A stretch of 64,000 nt of DNA from Rhina ancylostomus. Its lineage: Eukaryota. This document shows, one piece after another, positions 49,400 to 63,102 of this stretch (position 1 is the stretch's first letter; each line of letters begins with the position of its first letter). The notes below the pieces were generated by a model. The model saw only the letters and a program-made list of their open reading frames with translations, was not told the DNA's origin and did not search any database. Both the position numbers and the translations under genes were made by a program. Where the stretch lies: assembly GCA_030265395.1 (NCBI GenBank), contig JARFYF010000050.1, forward strand, positions 22,729,076 to 22,793,075, given 5' to 3'.

Positions 49400-52300
49400 C
49401 TGGGGTACATAAAAATTAACTGCTGACACATGAAAATCCAAACCACATACACAAACACGAGGCACACAATATTGTTAGCATCATCTTCTCATAAAAAGCA
49501 GTAATGTTCAAATTCTGAATGTATATGTTGGATCAAATGAAGACCCTGTCAACTGCATCCAGAATTTCTGCAGGAAGATTAAAAGTAAACATTGCACCAA
49601 ACACAACTTTTTTCCCACTTAAAACAAAAATGATAACATGCACACGTGGATCAAAAGGGGACAGTTTGGTCTGCCTCGTCACAACAATTTTGCAATGTCA
49701 GTGTTAAAAAGCAGATAATAAAGCATGTTCAAGGAGGTATTTTTAAACAGTCAATGAGTTCAGAAAATGTCAAACTACTAATATTAGTGGAGTCTGGTTT
49801 CAAGAGAACATTTATCTTTGTAACATGCTTCTATAGACATTTGACACTATTATAATTGGAACTCAATTTATTCAGATACTGCAGGACTTTTAAAAGGAAA
49901 AAAAAACTTAAGTATTTTGCACTGCAGTCCTTTGATCCTTTGAGTATTGCCAATATATATATATTCACTGATCTTTCACATGCAATGTATTGCAAACTGA
50001 ACACAGACCTGAAGAGGTTCCTCAGGAATTTCAATGTACAAGTTAAAACCTTCCAGGTCAGACATTTTTTAACTAGCTGCCAATAATCTCAAAGGGAAAG
50101 AATTGTTACAGTAAGCAGAGTTTACAGCAAAACAATTCATTAACCAAGATGGCCCTTCTGCCAAACAATTTTGAATGTTGCAGACAAGCTGCTTTTTAAA
50201 ATAACTTGGGTATACAAAGGAAAATAATTACCAACTTGACTTTNNNNNNNNNNNGGAAGAAATTACATTATAAAGAATATCAAATCTTGCGACACCAAGT
50301 TAGAAACATGCTACATCCAAAGCATCCAAGATTATAAAACATATACTTAAAAAAGTGGTATTGAAGTTTTATGCATCATTTAACAAAAGACTAAAAAGGG
50401 TGAGAAACTGCAAATGAGACTCTGTTTTGCAAACAAGTAGTAAAATGATTCTGTCAAATTAATGCAAAACCAAAGCTTTCCAGTGCAGAAAATAAAAAAA
50501 ATCTCTTTGAATGGGTTGCAATTTCTTGATGTTAAGAACTGAGTATTCAAATAGTCAATAGTGGAATATTCAAGGACAGACCAGAAGATGTAGGCAATTT
50601 GGACAGTTTCAAACATGTTCCAAAAAACTCTGTTTCCTTTTAAACATTTTACACTGCATATTTGGAATATAAAAACACAGACAGCTGACAATGTGATAAA
50701 GGCATTATCAATTTTAAGACCTTTTAAAATTCAAACAAACTTCCACATCTAGATTAGATTTTGTAACACAAAATCTGTATTTATGAACATGTGTCTAAAT
50801 GAACTGATGTATAGATTGAGTCTTGCCCAGCCAAACACAAAAAACCCACAGAAGGAGAGATGAACAGAGAATGTACTGCCCTAAAATAAAACAACAAAAT
50901 CTGAACAACTCTGTGCAATGAGCACTATTAGCTATCCTAGTACAGAACTGACAACTCACTTCCTTTATTTACTTAACAATACAGATTTACAACCATGGAA
51001 GTATACATTTTGGCTCAGATCAAACTCTGTGATACAGCTGCTGCCTAGTTGTTGCAATCAACTCCACACAAGCTGGGATGGGCATCGTCATGTTAACAGA
51101 CTTTACAATTAGTCATCAGAGGCCAAACGGAAAGCTGATATGAATGTTTAGTCATTACTTATTTTTGTTAAAATTTTACAGAGCTTTTTACTTATTCATT
51201 TTATGAAAGGCGGTGCAGTCCATTGAGCACATTTGTAAATCCTCCACAAAAAAAAATTAAATTGTAATTCTTTTCAAATATATAAAAGCATAAAAACTTC
51301 CTACCAGTTCTTCCCACCAGAAAAAATAGTAAAATCCTATACTAATAGCTTTCAACTGGAAAGACTGTCCTTCCAAAGCATCAGACAAACAAGATCTCTT
51401 GACTCACCCGAATAAGAACTTTTCCTCATGGCTGGTTTCTAAATTTCATACAAAAAAAGTCTTCAGGATCAAGTTAGGTTACTTCCACAGTGCTCAGTAA
51501 TAAAAAAAATAGTGCAATTTCACAGGAAGCTGACCGATTCACAAACTTTTCATTCAAAGATCAGCAATTGGAGCTCCTTTGCACGGTTCAACTGTTCATG
51601 AAACACTCCCATTAATCAGTACACACCTTTCCTAATCAGATGAACTTAGACATCTTTGGCTTTGCCCAACTTAGTTAAAACAGCAGGGAAATTATAGAAC
51701 ACCTATGTTTCCAAGTAATAAGATTTCAAAAAAATATTTTAATAGTAACTATTGGTTCATCATAACACAAAGTACAATATTCACATATTTTAAAATATTA
51801 TTGTATGTACTTCAAAGAAAATAGGTAGTTTAATGTGAATAAACACACCCTCCCTCATCCATCTACATGGTTCAGCTCACTTAGTGCAGTTAAATAGTCT
51901 ATAGGAAAAATTCACTGTCCAAAGTACAGTTTAACTTCCATCTAAACTGTATGATAATAACTCAACTTTTTCCTCACATACAACAGCAGTAAAAATATCA
52001 GTTTTTGAACATCACTCAATTTAGACCACAAGCTCCTCATCCACTATGCAAAAAAAATCCCTTTCTCCCAATAAACAACATAACAATGAGGCATGAACCA
52101 CAGACACTCCAGATAATACCACTGTACAGACTTCCAGTGTCACCATTTCAGCTTCCTTAATCGCAGTTGCTTTCCACCAACCATAAAATATAATCTCAAA
52201 ATCTTTCCACATGATACTAGATCATCCAATCTGGCCCTATGCTGTGCCTATGCCTCGTGCATCAGAGGAGTGACAGGTGTTCAACAAAACTTTCTCACTG

Positions 52301-54917
52301 GCTCTGAAAGCCAATCACCTTTAAATGATTCGACACAAATGACTTATCGCAGGAACAAAACAAGATAATTTCCCCAAAAGTCATAGCAAGTCTATCTCAT
52401 TTGCATACAGTTTATTTATTTAAATGTCCTAAGATAAATTATGTAGTTATGTGAATATTTTAGTGACTCACCTGACAGAAAAGCTTTAAAACAAAGGTTA
52501 TCACATTCACCTGTACATATCACAGTTTTGCAGAGAATCAGCTCATTTAAAATATCTCCATTATAATTTGTGCAACTCTGTTCTCAACTTTGCTCCTCCT
52601 GGCATATTTCACATGTCTTGGTTATTATCAAATGATGGTGTAAATGCCAAACAAATTTGAATTTAAGATATGCTTTTAACCTTGTTAGCCACACTATGGT
52701 TCTTCCCATGCCTGTTCTTAGGAGATACATATTAATTTACTCTGAAGTTTGCATTTATTAGGGAATGACTGATGTTTCCATGGCTGTTGGCCTCTCATAT
52801 CAGTAAGAGGATGGGTGTCCTTAAATTGAACCCAGGAAGTGATAGGAGAGATGAACTAAGACCGGGAGTTTATCAGACCCAGCTATGAACAAACATAATC
52901 ATTAGCCAGGCCTAGTAGTCAAAAGGAGAATAGATTTTTGTTTCAAAGTTTTCCTATTCATTAAGTCTGGATTTAAATGTTTATTCCTTATGTGATTTGT
53001 TTGCAGCAGACAGATGCTCACAAGATGAGAGTCACTTCTCCAGCAGTGATGGTTAGCTCTGCCTGCCACTCATTCTCATTGGGGCTTTGGTCGGTCTGAA
53101 TGAAGATTCCTTCACCCTTTGTCCCTAGCTACAAGATGTTCAACTGATACTGCACCTTTAACTAAACCACCCTTCAGCAGGTCCAGGTAATATATGAACA
53201 TACTCAGTAAGTCATTATTTGGGATTATTTCGAAGGATCTTTTCTTATTTTATGTGTGACTTCCTCTGAAATCTCCTTCCCTAAACTCTAAATCAACTTG
53301 CTTTGAATTGGTATAATACCTCCTCCAGGTATGATGTCATAACCCACAGGGAGGGCACTTTCAGTGACATTCTGAAGAGTTTACAAGTATTTTAAGCATT
53401 GTTCTCCATCTAGGATTTGCATGTTAGAATTATTCAAATGAATCGGATGAAATAAACCTCTCAGGTTGCTCTGCTCTGCTCCACCCTCTGTGCAGCAGTG
53501 GTGCAGGGAGAGCTGGTGGTTCTCAACCTTCCCCAGTGGTCATCTAAAATGATACAAGATTTTAGGTTTGTTCACCCCATAACATTAAGGCTGCTTGGCC
53601 CAAGCTCCAGGGGCCCAAATGTATGTGTAAGAGGCAGGGTTGCCTTAGGTGTTTATTCCACTGAAGTCACTGAGTTTGTGTCAAGTTGTGCTGTGCCATT
53701 TCTCGGTACTTTATTCAGGACAGGACAATTTGCTTAGTTTTCACACGTCATGGCCTCTGCTCTTGATCAGTAACGATGTATGTGCAGCATAGTCAGTCTT
53801 TTCCACTTCACTGTCAGTGCCTCCAGATTGGGTCAAGTACAGAAAATAACATGTGCTGAAGCTTGGGTCAGTTTGGATTGGTCCTGGTTGGTTTGTGTGA
53901 GGTTTTAATTTTATATCCAAGCAGCTCTCTAATGAAGGTTCCCCTAGAAACCTGGCAAATTTCAATTTAAATTCCTGACCAAGTAGGCTCAACCTGCACA
54001 CCATCCCATCAACCAATGGTTCTGTTCCCTAAAGATACCGGCCTGAATTTTGTGATAAACAATGGAAGAAAGGCAGCTTTAGTGTTTCATTCTGTGGGGT
54101 TTTGGCCTGGAATATGTTCAGCGCAATCTACAGGTGAACTGGAACTCTTGTGAACAGGGCAAGCAATGATAAATCTCCTAAACCAATCAGATGGTAGGAA
54201 TCCATTCTGTGATACAAAGTATAAGTTAGAATTTTGAATTCAGTGTCAAAAACTGGAATAAAAAATAGAAATAAAGATAGGAATAAGAAAGAACAAGAGG
54301 GAGCAGAAGAAAAAAACTTGAAGATAAGTGACTTCTCTGTAAAATGTCAGTGCTGACTCTGTAGTTGTTAATGTAAAACACCGTTAAAACCCTAGTTAGA
54401 TTTGAATGGACTAGCCTTTAGTCTTTAGTAGGTGAGTGCAGCAACATTATGGCATTCAGCGTAGTTCAATGCCGACTCTCTTGAAAGGATATCTTTCTGG
54501 TGAAACTTCAGGGTGACAAAATGCATATTGTCAGATGCACTCTTTTTTTTAACAATGAGTACTGATTGTCTTTATTCAGCCCATTAAGATTGTTGTTTTC
54601 TGTTGTACCACAAACATATCAGAGAATTCCCTTGTTGAAAGCATCTACTATCTTCCCTAATCTGATTAAGTTTATAAAAGGGTGATGGCCTGATGGGTCC
54701 TGTAGGATGAACCGGGGCAGCGATGGACGGAGCGAAGGGGCAGCTAGCCAAGTGCAGTGCGGCGCAGGGTGAGCGGGAAGTAGCCCAGGCAACGTGGCGC
54801 AGTGCGACGAGCCAGTGCACCAGGGAGGGGGGAAGCATGAACCAGAGTGAGGAGGCAGAGCGGGGGCAAGGACGAACCGCACGGCAGGGAGGAGCGCAGA
54901 GGCGGCGGCGGCGACGG

Positions 54918-55140
54918 TGGAACTCAAAGCGGACCTAAAAGGGAGAAGGCGGGCCTGGGCTCAAGCGGACCTGGAAGGAATACGGCAGGGTGGAGCTCAA
55001 GCGGACCCGAAAGGGCGAAGGCCGAGCNNNNNNNNNNNNNNNNNNNNNNNNNNNNNNNNNNNNNNNNNNNNNNNNNNNNNNNNNNNNNNNNNNNNNNNNN
55101 NNNNNNNNNNNNNNNNNNNNNNNNNNNAAGTGGTCCGGAC
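54918..55140. repeat. degenerate 36-nt tandem repeat running into a gap
   Basis: agcggacc at 54928, 54964 and 55000; variant agtggtcc at 55129. Confidence 0.7.
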
Positions 55141-55189
55141 AATGTGAAGAGGGTGCGGGCATAGCAGGGTGAAGCAGGAAACGATGCGG

Positions 55190-55265
55190 TTAAATGGGAT
55201 TAGTGTGCATGAGGCGGCAGAGACGTGGAGGGCCGAAGGGCCTGTTTCTGTGCTGTATGACGCTA
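55190..55265 (+). mobile_element. CR1/HE1-type tail fragment
   Basis: aaatgggattagt..gggccgaagggcctgtttctgtgctgtatga. Confidence 0.75.
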
Positions 55266-56649
55266 AATCTGGGCAGACCCACTTCTAACTTTGGCTAATA
55301 TTTACAGAGCTTATTGTAATGCCAAATCCCTTCCATTAAGATTTTACTACATTTTTTATTGAAGGTTCTGGAAATGACCTATGTGGCATTGTAATGAACA
55401 GCAGATGACAGCAGAGGTGGTACAGAACATACACGTTAATGACTGGATATGCATCAGAAGGAGCCTTTTTACGTAATTCAGACTGAATGAAGCTCAAGAC
55501 AGGTAGTAGCATTAGCCTGAACTCCACTTATGTTTCAATTCACTTTTATTTAACTAGAAAGGTAATGTATTTGAAACTTCCTTCCTTCCTTCTCTTTGAA
55601 TGATCACTTGGTCAAATAAAATCTTATGTGAGGGGTCAGGAAAAGTACTTGTTCCATGATTCCACCTAAGCTTTTCTGGAGCCATTCAAAATTTCATTTC
55701 AATGTTGTCAATTAGCATTATGGCTTTAAAATTTGGAAACAAAAACATATTAATGTCTTACAGGTCAATGTTTGTAGTGACTTAAATCAAACATTTTATT
55801 TAAATTTCCTATACAGGACTGTTACGTGTTTCTGATTTGACTGAAACAAATTAACCCTAATCCCTTTAATTAGAAGTGCTACCAAATTCACAAACAATTT
55901 AGAATAGACAGATTACATTTGATCCACGTTGGTCCAAACTCTACAACTTTGAAACATTCTCTGCATGTCAACCACCTGACAATCAATGTGACCTTCTCTG
56001 GTGTAGCTAGTGAGGTGGTGGGTGGATGTCAAGGATCAAAGCAGCCCTAGGTGATGAGCCTTCGATGGGAGTTTAGAAGCATTCCAGCATTCTGTGCAAC
56101 CTAAACTGGTCAAATCCACTGTTCGTCAGGGAATGCTTCATGAATAACTAGTCAAGTAAATTCACTTTAGAAATTTGGAAGATTAGATCGACTACTGGAA
56201 ACTGCGGTTCTTCCCACTTGGGTTAATCTGCAGATCAACATCGTCATGGCCAGGGTGCTTCTAGCTGGACAAGTAATGGGATCCACTCCAGCAAAGAGCA
56301 TGATTTAAACTGACAGAACCCTGACTACCAATTCCTATACTCCATGTATATAAGTGCAGTACAGTTGAAGGGATTGTGTGCTCCATTTAGGGTAAACAGA
56401 AACCCAAGAATAAACATCTAAAAAGGAGGGTAGTACATGGAAGAAAGTATGAGATGACCCCTNNNNNNNNNNNNNNNNNNNNNNNNNNNNNNNNNNNNNN
56501 NNNNNNNNNNNNNNNNNNNNNNNNNNNNNNNNNNNNNNNNNNNNNNNNNNNNNNNNNNNNNNCGATCTCTCTTCCCTCTAATGGCTGTCTCATCTCCTTT
56601 ATGTACGGATGATAATGTTGGTGAGGGTCCCTGCAGATTCTTAATTCCT

Positions 56650-57020
56650 AGGAGACCTGATATAGGTTTCTGAAGTTATAAGAGGTGTAGACAGAGTGGG
56701 CTGTCAGTCTTTTTCCCTGGTTAGAAATGTTGAATACTAGAAAGTGTAGCTTTGAGAATGAAAAGGGGGAAGTATAGAGGGGATGCACAGGGCAGGTTCT
56801 TTTTTTATGTTGAGAGTGGTAGGTGCCTGGAACATTCTGTCAGAGGAGATCATGGAAGCAGAATGGTATTCAAAAAGCTTTTAGACAGGCACATGAATAT
56901 GCAGGGAATGGAGGGACATGGATCATGTGCAGGCAGAGGAGGTTGGGTTTAATTTGGCATCATGCTCGGCAGAGATATCATGGGCTGAAGGGCCTGTTCC
57001 TGTGCTGTCCCATTCTATCT
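56650..57020 (+). mobile_element. CR1 LINE 3' end
   Basis: ggagacctgata..actagaaagtgtagcttt; tail gggctgaagggcctgttcctgtgctgt. Confidence 0.85.
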
Positions 57021-58570
57021 TCTCTCCCCTACTACTCATTGTCCTCTACCAGCAGCCACTCTTCAGGGAACTAGGGTTCTTGATTGCAAACCACAGGTAT
57101 GGCATAAAGAAAATACCAATAACCAAAATAAATGGGAGTGTTTTTTTTAAATGTCTTTAGTTAAATTAAAATAAGCTTCTTCTACATTGTAGGAGGAGGA
57201 TGAGGTGAATGACTACCCAGATGTACAGGCTGGGAGCTAAATGTGGCCTCTCCCCGTGGGTGCACCCACCTCCCTGCACAGGGCCACTTCACCATAGCCA
57301 TTCAGCAATGATTCAGAAGGCAGAGCATCTCTAATGGAGCAGTAACTGAATGGTGCCACATGTCAGACAGCTGTGTGCAGAACCCACAATGGAGGCCTTC
57401 ATCACCTGACTCAGAGCTCATGCCAAATGAATCCCATCATTGTGGTCCCCTGTTGGCAATAAATTTAATTCAATTGTCTGCTGACATATAGTTCTCCTTA
57501 TATAACTACCATGCCTTACATTTGGAAATCATTCATCTGTTCTTTCATGCAGAAAACCCCCTCTCATTGGTCTAAACAGTAACAAAGGAGTGAGCATTTA
57601 TGTAATGTCTTTCCTGTCTTTTATAGAATGTCCAAGAGATACACGTAGCTAATTGTTCCAGGATTGAGATATCACTGGCGATGTCATTCACTGCCAGGAT
57701 CTCTGCCTTAGCAGAGCTTTTCAACTGAGCCAACAAGCCACATCCATGCTAACTGGATCATCAACAGTTACAGATGAAATCAAGAGGGATTCAAACTGTG
57801 GGCCATTAGCGAGTGTTATTCTCAGCATTGTACCAATATCATCCACACAGAAAAAACAACAAGTTAAAGGGAAAAAACCCCTAACAATCTGTTAATGCCT
57901 CCCACAGAGAGCTATCATCTGAAGAGTGAAACTTGAAAACCAAACCAGAGAACTGGGTATAAGAAAAACTTNNNNNNNNNNACATTGTTCAAGGTGCATC
58001 ATGGCTGCCTTGGGCCTTTGCATTAAGGTCACTGTGCTGAAAGTCTCCCTCCTTTGCCCCAGAGGTGGACACCCTTAGAGAGAGCAAACAGTTAAGGAAC
58101 CCATGATAAACAGGTAATCAAGATGCTCTGAGGAAAGTTGGATTGACCTTGAAGGGAAAATGCTGTATAGTGCCTCCCAGGGACAAGAACAAGAAGAACC
58201 TGGAACATCATCCAAGAACCCTTCATCCCTTGGCATGATGCCACTGCTCCAGAGTTATGGGGTTAACAGCCTGGAATCTCCCACCAACTTCATTTGTGCA
58301 GGCACTATCCAGCCTACAGTGAGATGAGGAAAATGTCCAGACCCACTTTTCAGAGAAACTCGAGGGGGTTGAGATTGTTCAGGTCTGAGTAGCAAGTGCG
58401 GCAGGGTCACAGCAACGTGGGTTCCCAAAATTACTATTCTAGTATATTTTGTGCACTGAGCAACTGGGGGGGGGGAAAAAAAAATCGATCCGTAGTCATC
58501 GTGCTGCTTTTTTCACATCGGTTGGGAAATGGGAGTTTCAGCAGCAACACGACCTTCAGTGGTGTTAATC

Positions 58571-58586
58571 TAGTGCCCTCATGTGG
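58571..58586 (-). promoter_or_regulatory. candidate CTCF site
   Basis: CCACATGAGGGCACTA vs consensus CCASYAGRKGGCRSYA; lies in a locally CpG-retaining stretch. Confidence 0.35.
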
Positions 58587-59152
58587 TTAGTTCAGTTCAG
58601 CTGAGACCAGAAATAAGATCCTGCACCAAATCACAAAGCTATTAGTTTCCCTGTAAGTAGTTTAGTTTTATTATTTATTTTTAAAACTAATTTACCTAAA
58701 GGTTAAACTTGAAATTTGGTAAGCTCATTTTGTTAATGTATAGATATAGCAATATGGAAAGGAGATGATCACAAGACCATGGCCAAGAGATTTTAGTTCA
58801 TTCAACTGGGTGCATGAAGTGGACCTAAGTTTCATCCATCTGTTTTTTTGATCTGCAGTCTCGTGCACTGCTAAACGGACATTGCTTCCTCCTGATGCTG
58901 CTCAAGACATAGGTTGGAGAGGGAGGGCTGGCTGATGTAGGCTGAGGATTAGCACCTCATGTCAGGTTGGTGAGCAATGTAGTGGCTGGGAAAGTGGGAA
59001 GTTTTCAGTGAGCAAGGTCAGGGAGAGGATGTAGGATGCAGGTCAGGCAAACATAAGGAAGGGTGGAAACTGGGTCCTTTAACATTGGCTCCAGCTAATT
59101 GAAGAGTGGTTTAGGAGGAAGATAATGGGTTGGGGGAGGGATCAGAGGGTAG

Positions 59153-59400
59153 AGAATCGGAATCATATTTATGATCACTGACATATGATGTGAAATTTGT
59201 TGTTTTGTGGCAGCAGTACTAGACAAAAATATAAGAATCTATAAATTACAAAAATAGTGCAGAAAAAAGGAATAATGAGATGGTGTTCATGGATCGTTCA
59301 GGCATGGCAGAGGGGAAGAAGCTGTTCTTGAATCAGTGTTTGTGTCCTCAGGCTCCTGTACCTCCTCCCCACTGGTAGTAACGAGAAGAGGATGTGTCCT
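59153..59400 (-). mobile_element. Rex1/Babar 3' end (subfamily of 41085-41627)
   Basis: gaatcggaatc..gtgaaatttgttgttttgtggcagcagtac..ggggaagaagctgttc. Confidence 0.8.
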
Positions 59401-62139
59401 AGGTGGTCTGTGCCACTTAAGGGAGTGAGCCTGAGTGAAAAATCAAAGTATGATATGTCTTTTAGTTGGGTCTCAATCCAATGTTGCTTCGTGCAGCAGT
59501 ACTATGATGCCCTGAGTGCTCAAATGATGTTCAGTCACAGTACAATTTGGTCTAATTTACCCTGCAGTGTTCTAAATGAAGTGCTGCACAGAATCACCCC
59601 AGGTGCAGCTGATGCAGAATTGCAACCAGAAGTGGCTGGTTGGGGGAAAAAAAGAAAAAGCCCCTCACTTAACTAAACTCCCAAGCACACAAGTTGACAG
59701 AGCACTAACCACAAAACTTAGAACTTGAGTCATTTATGGATAACACCCAAAAATAAGGATTCAGTTACAATGTTTGCCATTAATGAGTAATATTTCTGTT
59801 TAAGTTTTGTGGATTGCAAGTCTCTCTCTCCCCTTCCCTGTAGTCTAATAGAGGAAGCCAGTATGGTGCTATTAAATATTATATTTTGTCTTCTAAATTT
59901 CATCAACTGGTTAATGAAACTGATACCCTAACACCAAAGATGAAGCGAGCAGTAAATGCTTATTTTTGCCAGTATAACTTGTAGTAACACTTTGTTCACA
60001 CACTCTGCTATATTGTACTTGCTNNNNNNNNNNNNNNNNNNNNNNNNNNNNNNNNNNNNNNNNNNNNNNNNAACAACTAAGTAAGGGACACATCACTTTA
60101 TTACAGTACATTGGTTCTGCTGCACAGACCTTGGTCAAGAGGAGATGAAACAATCCAGAGCATCAGGAAAAGTACTGCAGCTTGCACTTTACATTCAGTA
60201 GGATGTGCACTGCCAAGTAGTGGTCAAATCTGTCGCGATGTACCACAATTTCCTGACGAGCTAGTTATATATTGGGTCTTGGAGGAGTTAGAACAAAAGT
60301 AAATGGGTTGTCCACTGGTCTCCCCTACAATTCGTGCATAAATTCCACTAAAGGGTGTTTATGGGTGATTGTGGAGAACAACATGGTGTAATCAGTGCAT
60401 GGATGACCTTGTGATGCAGTTACTGCAACAAGATAAATTCCACTCAATATTGATTAAAACACCTAGGCAGTTCCACTTATAATGTGAAACGTTCACAAGT
60501 CCTTTTGTGTGGTTGTAATGTGGCTGGAGTTGCCAACAGAGCATTCTTGATTGGAGGCAATCAGCACTCTAACAGTAGTGCCTGGTATAACAACTTACTA
60601 GTAGTCAAACCACTGTGTACAGAGATGTTAAAGGTGTATATGTACTGTGCTCATATGTACTACATACAAAAGTTATCATTTGCTTATTTCTCATCTAAAT
60701 GATATGGACAGTTCCATTTAAAGGATAACATTAAACACCTTCTGGATGCTTCATCACCACCCTTTATGCCAAAAAAAGTTCTCAAACCAGCATCCCTTTA
60801 AGGAATGGGCAGTACTTACAAGTTTAAGGTCCATGATTGTAGTTCCCAATCCAACCACAGAGCCTGTCTTTTTTGCAGTATTTAGTGAAGGCCAGCAAGG
60901 ATAGTAGCACCAGACTGAGATGGACTGAATTCTATGCCATTGAAACATCAAAGGAATATTTGATAATTATACAAAGATTTTCAGTCTTAATAAGAGAAAA
61001 GAAAATCAGTTTTTGGATTGGGGACCAGAAGTGGAATAAGGTCTCCACAACCAGTGTTGCTGAGGTTGTACAAGTACTAACTAGTAGGTGTGTGGACAAT
61101 TGGTGAGGTAGGATTAGGCATGGCTTTTTGGGTTTACACATGAAGAACATGCATGCAACCCAGCAAAGGTGAAGAGGTCCAATTCCAACAGGAGTTTGTG
61201 CTTTCAGAAGGAAGGAGTACTGTGAGGAAATCTACTAGTATATAAAGACAANNNNNNNNNNNNNNNNNNNNNNNNNNNNNNNNNNNNNNNNNNNNNNNNN
61301 NNNNNNNNNNNNNNNNNNNNNNNNNNNNNNNNNNNNNNNNNNNNNNNNNNNNNNNNNNNNNNNNNNNNNNNNNNNNNNNNNNNNNNNNNNNNNNNNNNNN
61401 NNNNNNNNNNNNNNNNNNNNNNNNNNNNNNNNNNNNNNNNNNNNNNNNNNNNNNNNNNNNNNNNNNNNNNNNNNNNNNNNNNNNNNNNNNNNNNNNNNNN
61501 NNNNNNNNNNNNNNNNNNNNNNNNNNNNNNNNNNNNNNNNNNNNNNNNNNNNNNNNNNNNNNNNNNNNNNNNNNNNNNNNNNNNNNNNNNNNNNNNNNNN
61601 NNNNNNNNNNNNNNNNNNNNNNNNNNNNNNNNNNNNNNNNNNNNNNNNNNNNNNNNNNNNNNNNNNNNNNNNNNNNNNNNNNNNNNNNNNNNNNNNNNNN
61701 NNNNNNNNNNNNNNNNNNTGTTGCCATGAATACAAAAGAAGGAACAATTAAATTAGGATTTGAGTAACCCTACACTTCTGTGGCTGTTTTAATCTTTAAG
61801 GCCAATTTGCATTTACATTTGTAAAATGGGACAAAATCATTAATGGTGTTTATTGCTCTGGTTGTAAAAAAAATAGGGTAATAAAAATAATTACCCTTTT
61901 AATGATATGGGTGCTATTAATCACTCCTAATTAACCTATGGCACTGAAAATTAAATAGTGTGGAATCTCATCCCATTACGTTTTGTTCTGTTTTATGATA
62001 TTTGATTTCAGATTATTTTTCAGTGTCAGAGGTTAATCAGCAGTGATTAATAGCAACTACATCATGTAAAGAGTACTTCCTTTTAATTATTTTATCCTGT
62101 CTCCTCTCTTTCTCACCTCTCAATCCAATTTTATAGATG

Positions 62140-62560
62140 AGAGTATAAGCAATAGAAAAAGGTGGGCCATTCAGCTCCTCATTCCTGCTTTGCTGTTCAA
62201 TGAGATCAAACCTGATCCAAAATCTCACTGCCACTTTCCTGCATTAACCCCATATTCCCTGATGCCTTTTATATCCAAAAATTTATCAATCCCTATCTTG
62301 ACCATTATCTGTGGCTGAGCCTCTACAGCCTTCTCGGTCGAGAATTCCAAAGATTCAAGATCCTGGAGGTGAAGAAGTTCCTTCTTACCTCAGTCTTGAA
62401 AGCATAGCTTGAGACTGTGGCCCCTGCTGTTGGACATCCCAGCCAGGGAACATGTCATCCTTGCATCTACCCTGTCCAGCCTGTCAGAATTTTGGGAGAA
62501 AAAAGGGCTGGTTTTCTTAATCTCTCCCTAATACAATAAACCTGCCATCAAACACATGAA
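62140..62560 (-). mobile_element. CR1 LINE 3' end
   Basis: ggccattcagctcctc..ttcaatgagatc; agaattccaaagattca; gaagaagttccttctt. Confidence 0.8.
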
Positions 62561-62579
62561 TCTTCACTGCATTCCCTCC

Positions 62580-62832
62580 ATTGAATTCTCCCACTTGAAG
62601 TAATCCCCACACCCCTTTCCCCTACCACATGCCCCAAACCATGCCTCTTTTCTTCCCTTTCCTAGCCTATTTTTTTTACTTACCCCTTTCTCTCTCTCCT
62701 TACCTTTGACCCATCCCCTGGTGGATCTGCTCTCCCCACCTCCCCCACACCTGCCTATCACTATCTCTTACCTGCATCTACCTATCACCATTTCGTGCCC
62801 ACCCCGCCTCCCCGCTTGTCTACCTTTCACTG
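62580..62832 (+). mobile_element. PLE ORF end and pyrimidine-rich 3' UTR (runs into gap)
   Basis: IEFSHLK* (62580-62603) parallels MEFNHFR* ending at 25956; cctatcac motifs shared with 40320-40672. Confidence 0.65.
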
Positions 62833-62932
62833 NNNNNNNNNNNNNNNNNNNNNNNNNNNNNNNNNNNNNNNNNNNNNNNNNNNNNNNNNNNNNNNNNNNN
62901 NNNNNNNNNNNNNNNNNNNNNNNNNNNNNNNN

Positions 62933-63077
62933 TGTGGGAGGAAACCGGAGCACCCGGAGGAAACCCACGCAGACACGGGGAGAACATACAAACTCCTTAC
63001 AGACAGTGGGCGGAATTGAACCTGGGTCGCTGGAGCTGTAATAGCGTTACGCTAAGCACTTTGCTACCGTGCTACCC
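62933..63077 (-). mobile_element. V-SINE head and core (tail in gap)
   Basis: Reverse complement of the 26908 element: gggtagcacggtagc..GGTTCAATTCC..gggtgctccggtttcctcccaca. Confidence 0.9.
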
Positions 63078-63102
63078 TGTTACCACTACCATTAGCACAT
63101 CT

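Larger units (their letters stand above)
54673..55265 (+). promoter_or_regulatory. CpG-rich island, candidate promoter and first exon
   Basis: Only long non-TE GC/CpG-rich tract in the window; TATAAAAG at 54673; G-rich plus strand; gcgATGg at 54723; AGG|GTGAGC after 54768. Confidence 0.45.

Noticed and set aside
54918-55027. CRISPR-like 36-nt periodicity
   Set aside because: Whole unit is 36 nt with related spacers, vertebrate context, no cas genes: a minisatellite
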